64,000 bases of DNA from Ignavibacteriota bacterium (GCA_963849385.1 CAWKHH010000005.1:386478-450477); one strand, 5' to 3'. Counted from the stretch's first letter, positions 10,973 to 22,069 are shown. Notes: generated by a model from the letters alone, not told the origin. Translations and numbers: made by a program.

Positions 10973-12642
10973 TCAGCCCCTCACCCGGTCAATCTCGCGG
11001 TCGGGATTCACGGCAATCATACCAACAACAAGGAACACCAGCACCACACTGTAGGCCGCCGCGCTGCCAATGTTGAACACCCGTAATTGAGAAAAGATCT
11101 CGACAGAAATCGGCCGTGAGTCGAAGGAGTAGAGAAGCACAGACGCAACAAACTCTCCGATTGCCATAATACCCACAAGGAGGACCCCCGAAAGCACCGC
11201 CGGCCGGATGGCAGGGAGAATGATGCTCCAGAATATCCGCATGCGCGACGCTCCCAGTGAAGCCGCCGCTTCTGGGAGTGCGGGATCCAGAACCGCCAGC
11301 GCCGCCGATGCCGGCTGCAGCACCAGCGGATAGGTACGAATGACATAAGCCAGCGGAAGAATCCAGACGGTTCCCACAAGCACCATGTTTCCTGTTATCG
11401 GCGTAAGTCCCCCGAACGCCTGGATCAGAGCAATCGCAACAACCGTCCCGGGAAGGCATAGGGAGCGGACAGAAAGACCTCAATAAAGCCGGCGACCTTT
11501 CCCGGATGAGTTCTATGCACCCCCCAGGCGATACCTAACCCCACACCTCCTGCAACAACCATCGTCACCAGGGCCATCCATGTACTGTTCAAGACGGGAT
11601 CGTACACACGGGGATCGCTCACAAAGCCAAGGTAATTCTGCAATGTATACTCCTGCGGCAGGATCTGCCACGTCCATGAACCCTCCTTCGCAAATGAAAG
11701 CATCAGAATCACCAGAAACGGAAGCATGGAGAGTCCGATGAGCGAGTAGGCGATGACAATGGCTATCCTCCGGAGAGGAGACGGAAGAGTGATCTGCGCA
11801 CGGCGCGAAACCCCTTTGGTGGCTGCACGACCGGTTCGCTCACCTGACATTCCCCGTGCCATGATGAAGAAAACTACGGAAACTGTTGCGAGCAACACTG
11901 ATTGTGCCGCGGCCATATCCAGGTCACCGTTGAGCTTCGTGAAGTAGATCTGGAGAGTCAGAAACCGCCGTTCACCGGCAAAAAGAAGTGGTGCGGTGAA
12001 GGACGCCATGCTGGCCATGAATGTTAGCATGGATGCTCCCAGCAACGACGGGCGCAACCCCGGAATAAGGATATGACGGAATACCTGCCATGGACCTGCG
12101 CCGAGAGTGGTTGCGGCTTCCAGCTGTGCACCGTCAAATTTCCGCAAAGCAGCGGCAACCATCAGATAGAAGTATACGGAGAAAGAGTAGGTATGCACAA
12201 CAAGGATTCCGTTGAATCCCGACAACCCCGCCAGGCGTACCCACCCCCCACCTACTTCATTGACAAGACGGGGCACAACGCCTGATTCCCCGAAGGCGAG
12301 TAAAATCGCAATTGCACCAACCAGCGGAGGAAGCCCGATGGGAAGGATCGCGAGCCGCGCCAATACCCCCCTTCCAACAAATTCCAGCTGCGTCAGAACT
12401 AGTGCCAACACCGTGCCGGCAATTGCGCTGGTAAAAACCGACAGCAAAGACAAGCCCACGGAATTGGCCACTGCTTCAAGGTTTGCCTGAGTAGATGGAT
12501 CAAGAAGCTCGAGATAGCGTTGGAAGGAAAGCGATCCCCCAACACTGAGACTCCGGGAGATCATCATGACAAAAGGATACCCAACGTACCCTACGAGAAA
12601 GCACACCAGAACGAATGCAGGCACTTTCCTGAGGATGTTCAT
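10973..12642 (-). CDS. Fe3+/thiamine-type ABC transporter permease (FbpB-like, duplicated domain), one indel
   Basis: Two EAA motifs (QLEAATTLGAG, LPEAAASLGAS); ATGA overlap with the ATPase gene. Confidence 0.88.
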
Positions 12643-13700
12643 ACAGTGCCTTTTGGGAACACCTTTACCGATCCCCAATCGATGTCAATTCCTACCTGTT
12701 GCCCTTCAGACCAGGGGAGGCGTGCCTGGTAGCCTGTGACGGTTGCCTGCAGGACAACATCTCCCAGGCGAATCGCAAGCACTACACTTGCGCCGCGGAA
12801 CTCGCGCGATTCAACGGACCCCGTCAGCGATGCCTCCTTCCCTTTGGACACGACGTGTACCATTTCCGGAAGCAACAGTACGTCCACCGGACCGGATGGA
12901 GTGTCCGCAGAAGCGCCAGGCAATACCACGGGCAAGTCCTTCAGCCTCACAGCCTGTTCTCCAGCGTCGATGATCCCTTCGAGTATATTGTCCCAGCCAA
13001 GGAAGCTGGCGACGAATGCGGTCGCCGGTGCATAGTACAGTTCAGCGGGAATCCCCACCTGTTCCACTCTCCCATCATGAATGACGGCAACCCGATCGGA
13101 GATACTCAAGGCCTCTGATTGATCGTGGGTCACATAAAGCGTGGTGATTCCTATTCGCTTCTGCAGCGCACGGATTTCCATACGGGTGCGCTGACGAAGT
13201 GTGACATCAAGGTTGCTCAATGGTTCATCGAACAGGAGGACGGCGGGCTCAATGACCAGTGCGCGGGCAACGGCAACTCGCTGCTGTTCGCCCCCGCTCA
13301 AACTCGCAACGTTTGCGTCCTTTCTGTCTACAAGAGCAACCCGCGTGAGGGCCTCAGCTGTCCGTGCTGCAATCTCATGGGGCGGAATTTTTCGGAGACG
13401 GAGACCGAAGGACACATTCTCGGCCACCGTCATGTGGGGGAAAAGCGCATAGTTTTGAAATACCATTCCGATCCCCCGTTCTTGCGGGGGTAGGGCGGTG
13501 ATGTCGCGCTCCCCAAGCAATACTGCACCGGCATCGGAATGCTCAAGGCCGGCCGCTATGCGGAGCAAGGTTGACTTGCCGCTGCCGCTTGGCCCGAGCA
13601 ACGAAAAGAACTCCCCCGGCTGAATCGTCAGGTCGACACCATCGACCGCCATTCGCACGCCAAATTGGCGGGTGATTCCCTGAAATCTCAGTCCTGTCAT
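12639..13700 (-). CDS. ABC transporter ATP-binding protein (FbpC/PotA-like)
   Basis: [32 protein letters not shown] and a TOBE-like C-terminus. Confidence 0.93.
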   Translation of the reverse strand: MTGLRFQGITRQFGVRMAVDGVDLTIQPGEFFSLLGPSGSGKSTLLRIAAGLEHSDAGAVLLGERDITALPPQERGIGMVFQNYALFPHMTVAENVSFGLRLRKIPPHEIAARTAEALTRVALVDRKDANVASLSGGEQQRVAVARALVIEPAVLLFDEPLSNLDVTLRQRTRMEIRALQKRIGITTLYVTHDQSEALSISDRVAVIHDGRVEQVGIPAELYYAPATAFVASFLGWDNILEGIIDAGEQAVRLKDLPVVLPGASADTPSGPVDVLLLPEMVHVVSKGKEASLTGSVESREFRGASVVLAIRLGDVVLQATVTGYQARLPWSEGQQVGIDIDWGSVKVFPKGTV

Positions 13701-14722
13701 TGAGCCGACCGGCCTCGTCCCTTTACCTGTTCATCCCAGAGACGCATCCATTCTTGTTCCCGTGAGGAGATTTTGCGCCAATCGATATCCATGGGTTGTA
13801 TATGCAGTTGAGCAATCCAGGAGGGGAGTGAAGCATGTGGGATGTCCAGCCGCGCCGGAATCCTGAAGAATCGATCGGCCTGGAGGATCGTGTTTTCGAT
13901 GGAGGTTACGTACTCATAGAACGACGCCGCGGCAGCACGGTGACGGGCACCCCTGATTATAGCTATGCCGTCGGTGATCACAGGCGTACCGCTCGCAGGT
14001 ATGCAAAACGCGAAGGGGTAGCCGTGCTCGCGTGTCTGGATGACAACATCGGGAAGATCCCAGATGCTCACTGCGCCCTCTTCACGTGCGATCTTCAGAT
14101 AGAGCTGGGTCGGATCCGCTGCATACGATCGCGTGTTCGCATCCAGTGCCCGCAACCACTGCAAGCCCGCATCCGTGCTGCCGGTGCGCCGCAGTTCACG
14201 TTCCATGATGGCTGCAAACATCATGCGCATCGTACCCGACGCGAGGGGAAGACGGATAATGATCCGGTCCTTCCAACGGGGCAACAGCAAATCATCCCAA
14301 TCATGGGGCGCTTGTGAACTATCTACAAGACGGGAATTGTACATGATCACTTCCGGCAGAAGTGCGGTGCCATACCAGAACGACTCCTCGCTTCGCGCTT
14401 CTGCCGCGACCGAGCCCTCCCAGGAAGGTTTGTAGAAATCCAACAACCCCTCCTTTTCAGCCCGATCAAACAGGAGCATCGGTCCTCCCCACCAGAGGTC
14501 AGCCTGAGGATTGCCTCGCTCGGTCCGGATGCGGTCAAGCGCATCCTGGGATCCCATATCCAACCACTGTACGTCATGTTCAGGATGAATAGCCTCGTAG
14601 CGTTCCTCGAACAGACGGAGCATTTCTTTACCGTGGGGTGAGTAGACAACAATCGGCGTTCGGCCCGATCTGCCGCATCCAACGAGGAGAAGGACCAGGC
14701 CGACAACCGGAAGGAGACGCAT
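13697..14722 (-). CDS. ABC transporter substrate-binding lipoprotein (FbpA/AfuA-like)
   Basis: Lipobox LVGC, VVYSPH, NPQADLWWGG, P..WDDLL.P.WK and PLASGT. Confidence 0.88.
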   Translation of the reverse strand: MRLLPVVGLVLLLVGCGRSGRTPIVVYSPHGKEMLRLFEERYEAIHPEHDVQWLDMGSQDALDRIRTERGNPQADLWWGGPMLLFDRAEKEGLLDFYKPSWEGSVAAEARSEESFWYGTALLPEVIMYNSRLVDSSQAPHDWDDLLLPRWKDRIIIRLPLASGTMRMMFAAIMERELRRTGSTDAGLQWLRALDANTRSYAADPTQLYLKIAREEGAVSIWDLPDVVIQTREHGYPFAFCIPASGTPVITDGIAIIRGARHRAAAASFYEYVTSIENTILQADRFFRIPARLDIPHASLPSWIAQLHIQPMDIDWRKISSREQEWMRLWDEQVKGRGRSAQ

Positions 14723-14725
14723 GGG

Positions 14726-17065
14726 TCAGCGCGCTCTGAGAGGATAGGATATCATATTCGCCAGGCAGCGGAGCGCACCGGGATGACCATCCTTGAGCTG
14801 GCGATACCAAACGTAGGTTGTGTAGATGTAACTCCCCTTTCCATATGAAGCACAGAGGTAGCCGGTGTCTGCTTCAGGTTCATCCGGATCGTGAGTAGTG
14901 ATCAGGCGCTCATATTCGGCAGGCACGCGCATAGGCAGATAAACAGACCGTTCCTGCTTCCAGCCATCCCAGTCGTGTGCGGTGATGTTGTTTGGCCAGC
15001 AAAGCAAGGGATGCCCGGGCAGCAAAACGGTGATCGGTGCATCTTCCATCGTTACCCTTTGCCGGCTGATCGGAAACGGGTACGGAGCATATTCCGGTTT
15101 CCACTCGCCCTCGCGCTGATACATAACCAGGAGGTTTCCCCCCTGCCGGACCCATTCGAGGAGACGGCCATTCTGTTTTCTGAGCTCTTCCCGAACGAGG
15201 TATGCGCGCATGTCGATCACGATCGTCTGGTAGGAGCGGAGGTCCCCATCAACGAGAACAGCATCACTGAGCGTGTCACAGCGAACAGCCATTTCCCGCA
15301 ATGAACTTCCAAGAGTGGTGTCATAACTCGATACCAGGCCCACGCGCAGACCCTGTGGCAGTGCGACACTCGCAACACGAACCGTGACCAGATGTGACGC
15401 ATACTCCGTTGTCAGACGGATTGTGAAGTCGCCTTCTTTCAGGTGCGCCGGACCGACAAGCTGAATCCTGCCTTCCTCGGTTGCACCCTCCTTTTCCAGG
15501 GCAAACGTGAAGCCCGCCCCTTTCCACCCGGCAGGAACATTAACGTTAACGACGCCGGCGCTCCTATGAGAAAACATGTTTGTCACCCTGCACGCAATCG
15601 CAACTCCACGGGCAATGTCTTGGGGTTGCACCCAAAGCACATCAGGGAATATGCGCAAGAGATGAGGTGTTGCGATATCCACCATCACTGGTGCTTCAAT
15701 CGCCAGCGCCTGACCGTTGAGCGTGTAGACGATGCGGGCTTTGACAGAATCCCCGTCCTCGATGGGACGGTACAGATGTTCGGCGCGAGGAAACGACAAT
15801 CGTGGATGTTCACCCACCTGGAGATCGAAGACACGCTGTCTTTCCATCTCCGGCGATGCCTCGGCCAGCGCAGACCATCCAGGTGGCAACGTCCAGGAGA
15901 CACTGTCAAGAAGCAGCCGTCCCCGCAGAGTGCTGGGCTTGATGCGTACCTGCAATCGTTGACCCGGAACGAGAATGCTATCCCGGAAACCGGGAGCGCA
16001 ATCGACACCTGCGGCGACGGCCGCGAGATGCTCAAGCCGTTCGCGCCAGCGATGCAGAACTCTTCGGCCGAATGGAGTCGACCCCGCCGGCGTGTGCGCT
16101 ATGGAGTCAAGCAAGCCCATCGCCGAAGATGCGGAGGAAACCAGCGACTCCCACGGCTGATCTTGACCGAATTGCCGGAGAACGTCCGCAAACGGCTTGA
16201 GCGAACGCAGAGGTTCATGGTCCCAGACCCAGACACCCCCAAAGAAATCCGTGCTGTCCTGCTCGAAGAGACTGCTGGCCCGGGCAAGACGGTAGGCACT
16301 CTGGCCCCGGTTGAATGCGCGAAGATCGGCACGATCCAGCCCCTGCGTACGATGCATGCGTAGCGCGGTCGTGGCAATGTCGAGATATGCGACACCGCGC
16401 AGGTCGTTCACCTCTTCCAGGTTGTGCACAACATCGGCATTCCCCTGGAATGCCCCAAACACCCTCAGAAATAGTTTCCTGGGTTGCCAGAGGGAGATAC
16501 CTGGTTCATGAAGTTGTTCGGGGAACATCGTGGAGTCGGCTGCGGCATCGAACGCCTCAATTGCGGTAATGGCAACGGCCTGATGGTGACCGTGTCCGCC
16601 CCAGGTGTTGTGGTTGCTGAACATTACGTCGGGCTTGATCCGGCGGATGACGTAAACCAGACGGCGCAGCACCTCCCGCTGTCCGCCCCAGAAGCGAAAC
16701 GCTTCGGTCGCGGTTTTTGAATATCCAAAATCGGGAAAATTCAAGAACTCGACCTCCGCCCCGAGAACACGGCCTGCGGAACGGGTTTCGGCGGTTCGTA
16801 TGACGCCGAGATCTTCATAGAGCTCCGAGCCCTTCTCGTTCTGCCCTCCTTCGCCTCGGGTGAACAGCACAGAGTATGTATGCACCCCAAATTTCATTCT
16901 GTAATACGCAAGCGTCGCTCCATCTTCATCGTCGGGATGCGCGGAGACATCCATCAAGACGCCCGGCCGGGAAAGGTCCCGCAGAGTCTGGCCGATCTCA
17001 GTCCTATCCTGGGCGCATGCACCGGCAACGCTCACAGCGAGAACGAGGGCAAGGAGAGGTCTCAA
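14726..17065 (-). CDS. Exported PIG-L/LmbE family deacetylase with C-terminal beta and GATase-like domains
   Basis: Signal peptide (LRPLLALVLAVSVAGACAQ), SAHPDDED, TRGEGGQN and GHGHHQA. The ORF track fuses it to tsaC across a G10 tract. Confidence 0.85.
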   Translation of the reverse strand: MRPLLALVLAVSVAGACAQDRTEIGQTLRDLSRPGVLMDVSAHPDDEDGATLAYYRMKFGVHTYSVLFTRGEGGQNEKGSELYEDLGVIRTAETRSAGRVLGAEVEFLNFPDFGYSKTATEAFRFWGGQREVLRRLVYVIRRIKPDVMFSNHNTWGGHGHHQAVAITAIEAFDAAADSTMFPEQLHEPGISLWQPRKLFLRVFGAFQGNADVVHNLEEVNDLRGVAYLDIATTALRMHRTQGLDRADLRAFNRGQSAYRLARASSLFEQDSTDFFGGVWVWDHEPLRSLKPFADVLRQFGQDQPWESLVSSASSAMGLLDSIAHTPAGSTPFGRRVLHRWRERLEHLAAVAAGVDCAPGFRDSILVPGQRLQVRIKPSTLRGRLLLDSVSWTLPPGWSALAEASPEMERQRVFDLQVGEHPRLSFPRAEHLYRPIEDGDSVKARIVYTLNGQALAIEAPVMVDIATPHLLRIFPDVLWVQPQDIARGVAIACRVTNMFSHRSAGVVNVNVPAGWKGAGFTFALEKEGATEEGRIQLVGPAHLKEGDFTIRLTTEYASHLVTVRVASVALPQGLRVGLVSSYDTTLGSSLREMAVRCDTLSDAVLVDGDLRSYQTIVIDMRAYLVREELRKQNGRLLEWVRQGGNLLVMYQREGEWKPEYAPYPFPISRQRVTMEDAPITVLLPGHPLLCWPNNITAHDWDGWKQERSVYLPMRVPAEYERLITTHDPDEPEADTGYLCASYGKGSYIYTTYVWYRQLKDGHPGALRCLANMISYPLRAR

Positions 17066-17722
17066 CGGAATGTCCCCCCCCCCTGCGATCGTCGGAATCA
17101 CCTCCCGGAGCAACGCGGATGATACCGCGCCTTCGCGGAGAATGCGCGGTGGAGAAACCGTCACATCGAGCACGGTTGACGGCAGCGTGGGATGCAGATC
17201 TCCGGCATCGAGAAAAAGATCCACTCCTCGCGGGATCGCGCGGCGGATGTCCTTGACAGTGTGCAGAGAGGGACCGCCGGATAGGTTCGCGCTCGTGGAG
17301 GTCAATGGACATCCGCACAGGGCGAGCAGCTTGATGCAGAACGGACTCGAGGGAATCCGGACGCCGATCGTTCCCGACCCCTGGGAGAGAATATCGGGAA
17401 CTTCTCTGGTTGCTTGAAACACGAGTGTGAGCGGCCCCGGCCAGAACTTTGCGATCAACGTGCGCGCCTCGTGACTGATGGTACTCGTCAGCATTGCGAG
17501 TTGTTGCTCGTCTTTGATGACGACGAGAATGGGCTTGTGGCCTTCGCGTTGCTTGATCGCTCTCACCTTCGCTATGGCAGTGCCATCCCAGGCGTTTGCG
17601 CCGATGCCATACAGCGTCTCAGTGGGATACACAATGACTCCTCCTGCCTGGATCACTTCTGCCGCCAGAACCACCGGTTTATCTTCGGGTTGTGCGGCAT
17701 CCACTTTCAAGACCAGAGACAT
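17062..17722 (-). CDS. tsaC: L-threonylcarbamoyladenylate synthase (TsaC/Sua5)
   Basis: YPTETLYGIGA, KQR..KP, FWPGPLT, GVRIP, TSANLSG and PSTVLD. Confidence 0.92.
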
Positions 17723-17725
17723 GTC

Positions 17726-18793
17726 TCACTCCGCATGATGATCAGTAATAATCTCACGAACTGCAGCCATTACTGTCGGCTCCGCAATCCCGCGCATGCA
17801 CTCAAACGATCCGATCGGACATGCATTGCCGCCATGGATGCTGCACGGGCGGCAGGAAAGGCCGGCGACCTCGAGTACCCGGTCTCGCGGCCCGACAGGG
17901 GCGAAACCGATTGCAGGGACGGTCGGGCCGAAAAGTGCAAGAACAGGAGTACCAACAGCCATGGCGATATGGCCGGGGGCGCTGTCGTTGGACACCAGCA
18001 CTTGACAGCGGCGCAGGAGCGCAGCCGATTCGGCGAGCGACGTCTTGCCGGCAGCGTTGAAGACTCCATGCACTGCTGCGCTTCCCTCTGCAACCCTGTT
18101 GCAGAGTTCCACATCGCGTTCGCCACCCACAAGAACCACGCTGCATCCATTACGGACCAGGCTGCGGGCAAGTGCGGAGAATGCTTCTTCAGGCCAACGT
18201 TTGGTGTGCCACACCGAACCGGGGGCGAGTGCCACAAGAGGGCTCCGGCTAAATCCCTTGAGTTCGCGATCCGCGGTGACAAGAAGCTCGTCCGCCACCC
18301 GGCTGTCTCCCTCGTCTATGTGCACCACGGGAAGAATGCGGTCAGGAATCGTGCCCAGCACAGGTTGAAGCAGACTGAGGTCCCGATCGATTTCATGATC
18401 CGAGGGTCGATATGGAACCCTGTCGGTGAACAATTGTGCACCGGCACTTGTGGCGAAGCCGATCCGTCGGGGTATCTGCGCCATCCGGACAATGAGCGCA
18501 CTACGCAAGGATCGATGCGGCACCAATGCGAGCGTAAAATGCTGTCTTCTCAAATACAGAGCAAGCGCACGCATTCCGCGAAGACCGGAATGCATTCCCC
18601 GCTTGTCGTACTCTATGACCTCATCGACCGCAGGGTGTTTGCGCACAAGATCGGCCACTGCGGGAACACTTACAACACTGATTGCACACCCTGGTCTCTC
18701 CCGCCGCAACACCTGGAGCATCGGAAACATCAGGACAATGTCTCCGATGAACGCCGTATGAAATACAAGCACGCGTTCCGGGCCCGCCGTCAT
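17726..18793 (-). CDS. waaF: GT9 LPS heptosyltransferase II-like
   Basis: TAFIGDIV, APGSVWHTKRWP, VSNDSAPGH, ALFGPT and CRPC..HG. The start is placed at the ATGA overlap with the upstream gene. Confidence 0.82.
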   Translation of the reverse strand: MTAGPERVLVFHTAFIGDIVLMFPMLQVLRRERPGCAISVVSVPAVADLVRKHPAVDEVIEYDKRGMHSGLRGMRALALYLRRQHFTLALVPHRSLRSALIVRMAQIPRRIGFATSAGAQLFTDRVPYRPSDHEIDRDLSLLQPVLGTIPDRILPVVHIDEGDSRVADELLVTADRELKGFSRSPLVALAPGSVWHTKRWPEEAFSALARSLVRNGCSVVLVGGERDVELCNRVAEGSAAVHGVFNAAGKTSLAESAALLRRCQVLVSNDSAPGHIAMAVGTPVLALFGPTVPAIGFAPVGPRDRVLEVAGLSCRPCSIHGGNACPIGSFECMRGIAEPTVMAAVREIITDHHAE

Positions 18794-19746
18794 GGCATCG
18801 CCTTCGGAGGCGTTATCTTTGTCTCCGCCCTTCGATGCATCGCTTCGTAATAGGGAGTGTGTTTCCACCGTTTGTGCATCCAGAGCCAGTGATCCGGATG
18901 CCGCCGGATGGCGCGTTCGAGGACTGCCGCGTGCCGGAAAGTGAGCTCGACAACCTGATCCTCTCGGGAGCCTTCAAGCGCGTGTGTGTCAATTTCTTCG
19001 AATACTCCCCGATACGTGCCATCTGTCTGGCGGACGAGAAAGAGCGCAAGCATGGCAGCGCCCGTGCGTAGAGCAAATGCAGCAGCACCACGGTGCGTCG
19101 CCGAGGGGCGACCGAAAAAGGGAATGAAGATCGATTCCTTCGGTCCACTCTGGTCACCCAGAATCAGGACGACTTCATTACGCTGCAGCGCTGCCAGCAC
19201 TTCACGTACCGCCGGGCCCATCGCTACTGTCACCGTATCGAACCGTCTGCGCCGCATGTCAATGTGGGCGTCGACATACTCGTTGCGCTGCCGCTGTGCA
19301 ATTGCAGTAACCCGGACAGGGATGTGAAGGCGGACGCTGCTCAGGAGAAGCTCCCACGATCCGTAGTGCGCACTGAGCAGGATCACTCCCTTCCCGCGCC
19401 CCAGTAGCTGATCGAGAAGATCGGGGTTGTCTATGTGCACGAGGGATGCAAGAACTTCGGGACCCTGGCCGTAGGTCCAGAGCATCTCAACCAGGGCAAT
19501 GCCGTAATTCTCATAGGCACCACGCATGATGCGTTCTCTCTCTTCGGGCGGGAGCTCGGGGAACGCACGGGCAATGTTATCGCGCGTAACCTTCTTCCGG
19601 TATCCCGTGAGCATGAGGGTCGTGAGGCCCAAACAGGCTCCAACACGCTGTGCACCGCGGGGCGAGAGCGGCCGCACAAGCCATGCGAGCAGGCGAAACA
19701 ATGCGTATTCTATTCTGGAGGTCATGCGCGGGCGTGTTGTAGCCAA
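18790..19746 (-). CDS. lpxL: Lipid A late acyltransferase (LpxL/HtrB family)
   Basis: SAHYGSWE, LGDQ, FFGRP and PDHWLWMHKRWK. Confidence 0.88.
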   Translation of the reverse strand: MATTRPRMTSRIEYALFRLLAWLVRPLSPRGAQRVGACLGLTTLMLTGYRKKVTRDNIARAFPELPPEERERIMRGAYENYGIALVEMLWTYGQGPEVLASLVHIDNPDLLDQLLGRGKGVILLSAHYGSWELLLSSVRLHIPVRVTAIAQRQRNEYVDAHIDMRRRRFDTVTVAMGPAVREVLAALQRNEVVLILGDQSGPKESIFIPFFGRPSATHRGAAAFALRTGAAMLALFLVRQTDGTYRGVFEEIDTHALEGSREDQVVELTFRHAAVLERAIRRHPDHWLWMHKRWKHTPYYEAMHRRAETKITPPKAMP

Positions 19747-19784
19747 TCTACGTAATCAGGCAGGAACATTCAAGCAAACACAAC

Positions 19785-19812
19785 GACGCCCCGCCAGCAT
19801 CGACGGGGCGTC
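19785..19812 (-). terminator. Putative intrinsic terminator after the GWxTD gene
   Basis: GACGCCCCG...CGGGGCGTC stem followed by a weak T-rich tail on the minus strand. Confidence 0.5.
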
Positions 19813-19832
19813 TGCAACCGGAGAAGTTCATC

Positions 19833-21239
19833 CTAGCGCGTGACGCCGCTGCGATCCCAGTTTTCGTCGTGGAGCTCGTTCCGGTGCGTCGAATGCACGA
19901 GCTCATAGTCCCCGGCCGTGTTCCTGAGCACGAAAACGAATATCACACCTCCCTGAATATTGTTGTAGCTCCAGATCTCATAGGGGCGTGTTTCGGTTTC
20001 GTTCGGGTGCCGCTCAAAGTCGTCCGGCATGCCGTAGATGATGTGCACGCGTCCACGATCTGTGCGAAATCCATCCCGGGAAAGGACACGGTAATTGACA
20101 TTGGCATAGGCGACCCGGGCCAGATATTCCTCGCGAAGTCCGGGTTCCCGGTGACGCCAGAAATCACTCAGAAACTTCCTCTTCGCATTCACGATCGCTT
20201 TTGCCTCCTCAGGGGCTTTGGCGTCCTTCGCCTTGCCAAGTTTAGCATATTGGCTCTTTTCGTCATCAATGGCCGTGTAGCGGGTCCAGTCAAATTCCCG
20301 GTCGAGCTCCGACTCATCCATCGACATATACTGGGGCATGGGCAACGAAGTCGAGGATGCCAGCAATGATGAATCAACCCCCAGGGTTGGGTTGTACACA
20401 AAGAATTTCCGGCCGCTGGAGCTCCCGGCAATCCGGCCGCTGTCAAGCAACGACAACACCAACGTGTACGTGCCCGTGCGCATACCCTTCACGGAAAACT
20501 GATCCACAATGACACTGGATTCAGTCACGCGCTTCTTCGGGCGTTCGCGCGACATGATTTCCTTCCCGATCGCATCGTAGACATTCGAACGCAAGTAGTA
20601 GTCGCTCGTGTCACCGCCGCCAAGGAGATTGTAGGCCTCGGAATAGTAATACACTTTCTGGTTCTCGGTGTACACGCCGCCAACATTCGGAATCACGTCG
20701 AGCGTATTCTTGTAGAATACGCCCCCCTTCACCCCCTGCCGGATCGATGAGGCAAGTTCGATATCGCTGAGTACGGGCTTGACCGCGTCATGCTTGCGCA
20801 CAGGCACCCGCACCAGGATACTGTCCCGGCGGGCGGGATCATGCCGGTCCTTCCCTATGAGATGAAAGATGTAGTCGCCGTCTCTAAGCTGGAACGCGTA
20901 TAACCCGACAAGATTTACTTCCCTCGCCAGAAAGCTGGTGTCGGCAACAGTGTGGGGCACCAACCAGCGATCAGCGTGAACGATGGAGTCCTTGAGGAAC
21001 ACTAGTAGCGTCACATCGACAGCGCCGCTGATACCGGCCGAATCGGCTTTGTACGTCAATGACCGCTCAGGAAATGCATATGCCACCTCTATGTGCGTCG
21101 TTGAATCATCCACTCCACGATATCTGCTGATATCCGCAGAGAGCCGCACGCGATCGCGGGGAGGAATCGTCTGCGCAACAAGGACACCAACGCTCAGAGC
21201 GCATGCCAGCACAGTGACACCATACTTCAGAAGTCTCAT
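19833..21239 (-). CDS. GWxTD domain-containing exported protein
   Basis: Signal peptide, FLSDFW, EYLARVAYAN, GFRTDRGRVHIIYGMPD and PYEIWSY. Confidence 0.85.
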   Translation of the reverse strand: MRLLKYGVTVLACALSVGVLVAQTIPPRDRVRLSADISRYRGVDDSTTHIEVAYAFPERSLTYKADSAGISGAVDVTLLVFLKDSIVHADRWLVPHTVADTSFLAREVNLVGLYAFQLRDGDYIFHLIGKDRHDPARRDSILVRVPVRKHDAVKPVLSDIELASSIRQGVKGGVFYKNTLDVIPNVGGVYTENQKVYYYSEAYNLLGGGDTSDYYLRSNVYDAIGKEIMSRERPKKRVTESSVIVDQFSVKGMRTGTYTLVLSLLDSGRIAGSSSGRKFFVYNPTLGVDSSLLASSTSLPMPQYMSMDESELDREFDWTRYTAIDDEKSQYAKLGKAKDAKAPEEAKAIVNAKRKFLSDFWRHREPGLREEYLARVAYANVNYRVLSRDGFRTDRGRVHIIYGMPDDFERHPNETETRPYEIWSYNNIQGGVIFVFVLRNTAGDYELVHSTHRNELHDENWDRSGVTR

Positions 21240-21275
21240 GTATACTCCTTCGGGGAAAAGAGGAACAGCGGGAGA

Positions 21276-21695
21276 TTACTCACCCATCACTTTGACTACC
21301 AGACGCTTCCGACGACAGCCGTCAAACTCCGCGTAATACACCTGTTGCCATGGGCCGAGATCCAATGACCCTTTGGTAACAGGAACAATCACTTCGTGAT
21401 GAACCAATAGACTCTTGAGGTGGGCGTCACCATTCGTTTCCCCCGTCCGGTGATGCCTGTACTGTGCATTGAAAGGCGCGATCTTCTCCACCCAATCGTC
21501 AATGTCCTGAATCAACCCATCTTCTGCATCGTTAACGTACACACCCGCGGTGATATGCATCGCAGAAACCAGCACCATTCCCTCCTGCACACCACTCTTC
21601 TGGACGACGTCCTCTACCTTCTCTGTAATGTTGATGTATTCCCGCTTGGTTCGCGTGTTAAACCAGAGGTACTCCGTCGTTGTCTTTAGACTCAC
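21276..21695 (-). CDS. yjbQ: YjbQ (UPF0047) family protein
   Basis: [20 protein letters not shown] and [14 protein letters not shown]. Confidence 0.9.
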   Translation of the reverse strand: MSLKTTTEYLWFNTRTKREYINITEKVEDVVQKSGVQEGMVLVSAMHITAGVYVNDAEDGLIQDIDDWVEKIAPFNAQYRHHRTGETNGDAHLKSLLVHHEVIVPVTKGSLDLGPWQQVYYAEFDGCRRKRLVVKVMGE

Positions 21696-22069
21696 CGCAG
21701 GATAGCCTTCAACTTCGCTATCGCCTCCGAAGGTTGGAAGGGCTTCGCGATAAAGTCATCGGCGCCGGCTTTGATCACCATCTCGCGAACTGCCTTGCCG
21801 CTCATACCGCTTGTACCGACAATCTTGATCGAAGGATTCAACGATCGGGCCCGGGAAATCAGATCCATACCCCCGACCAGGGGCAGATTGAGGTCCGTGA
21901 TCAACAGCCTGATCTCGCCTGCGTGCTTTTGCAGGAGATCAAGTCCCTGACTGCCATCATTCGCCTGGAGAACCGTAAACCCCTCCATTTCGAGAAGGAT
22001 CGAAAAGAGGTGCCTGAGCTCCTCCTCGTCCTCAACTATCAACACCCCCCCGGCACCATGATCCGCCAT
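21692..22069 (-). CDS. Single-domain response regulator
   Basis: [17 protein letters not shown] and FIAKPF. Confidence 0.9.
   Translation of the reverse strand: MADHGAGGVLIVEDEEELRHLFSILLEMEGFTVLQANDGSQGLDLLQKHAGEIRLLITDLNLPLVGGMDLISRARSLNPSIKIVGTSGMSGKAVREMVIKAGADDFIAKPFQPSEAIAKLKAILR

Noticed and set aside
14726-17722. Genuine 998-aa TsaC-PIG-L fusion protein
   Set aside because: An internal signal peptide and a G10 junction, where G9 restores a TTGA stop/start overlap, argue against it. Kept only as a low-interest finding.
17414-18850. 478-aa plus-strand ORF
   Set aside because: Antisense to waaF and tsaC with no recognisable motifs; a GC-rich shadow ORF.
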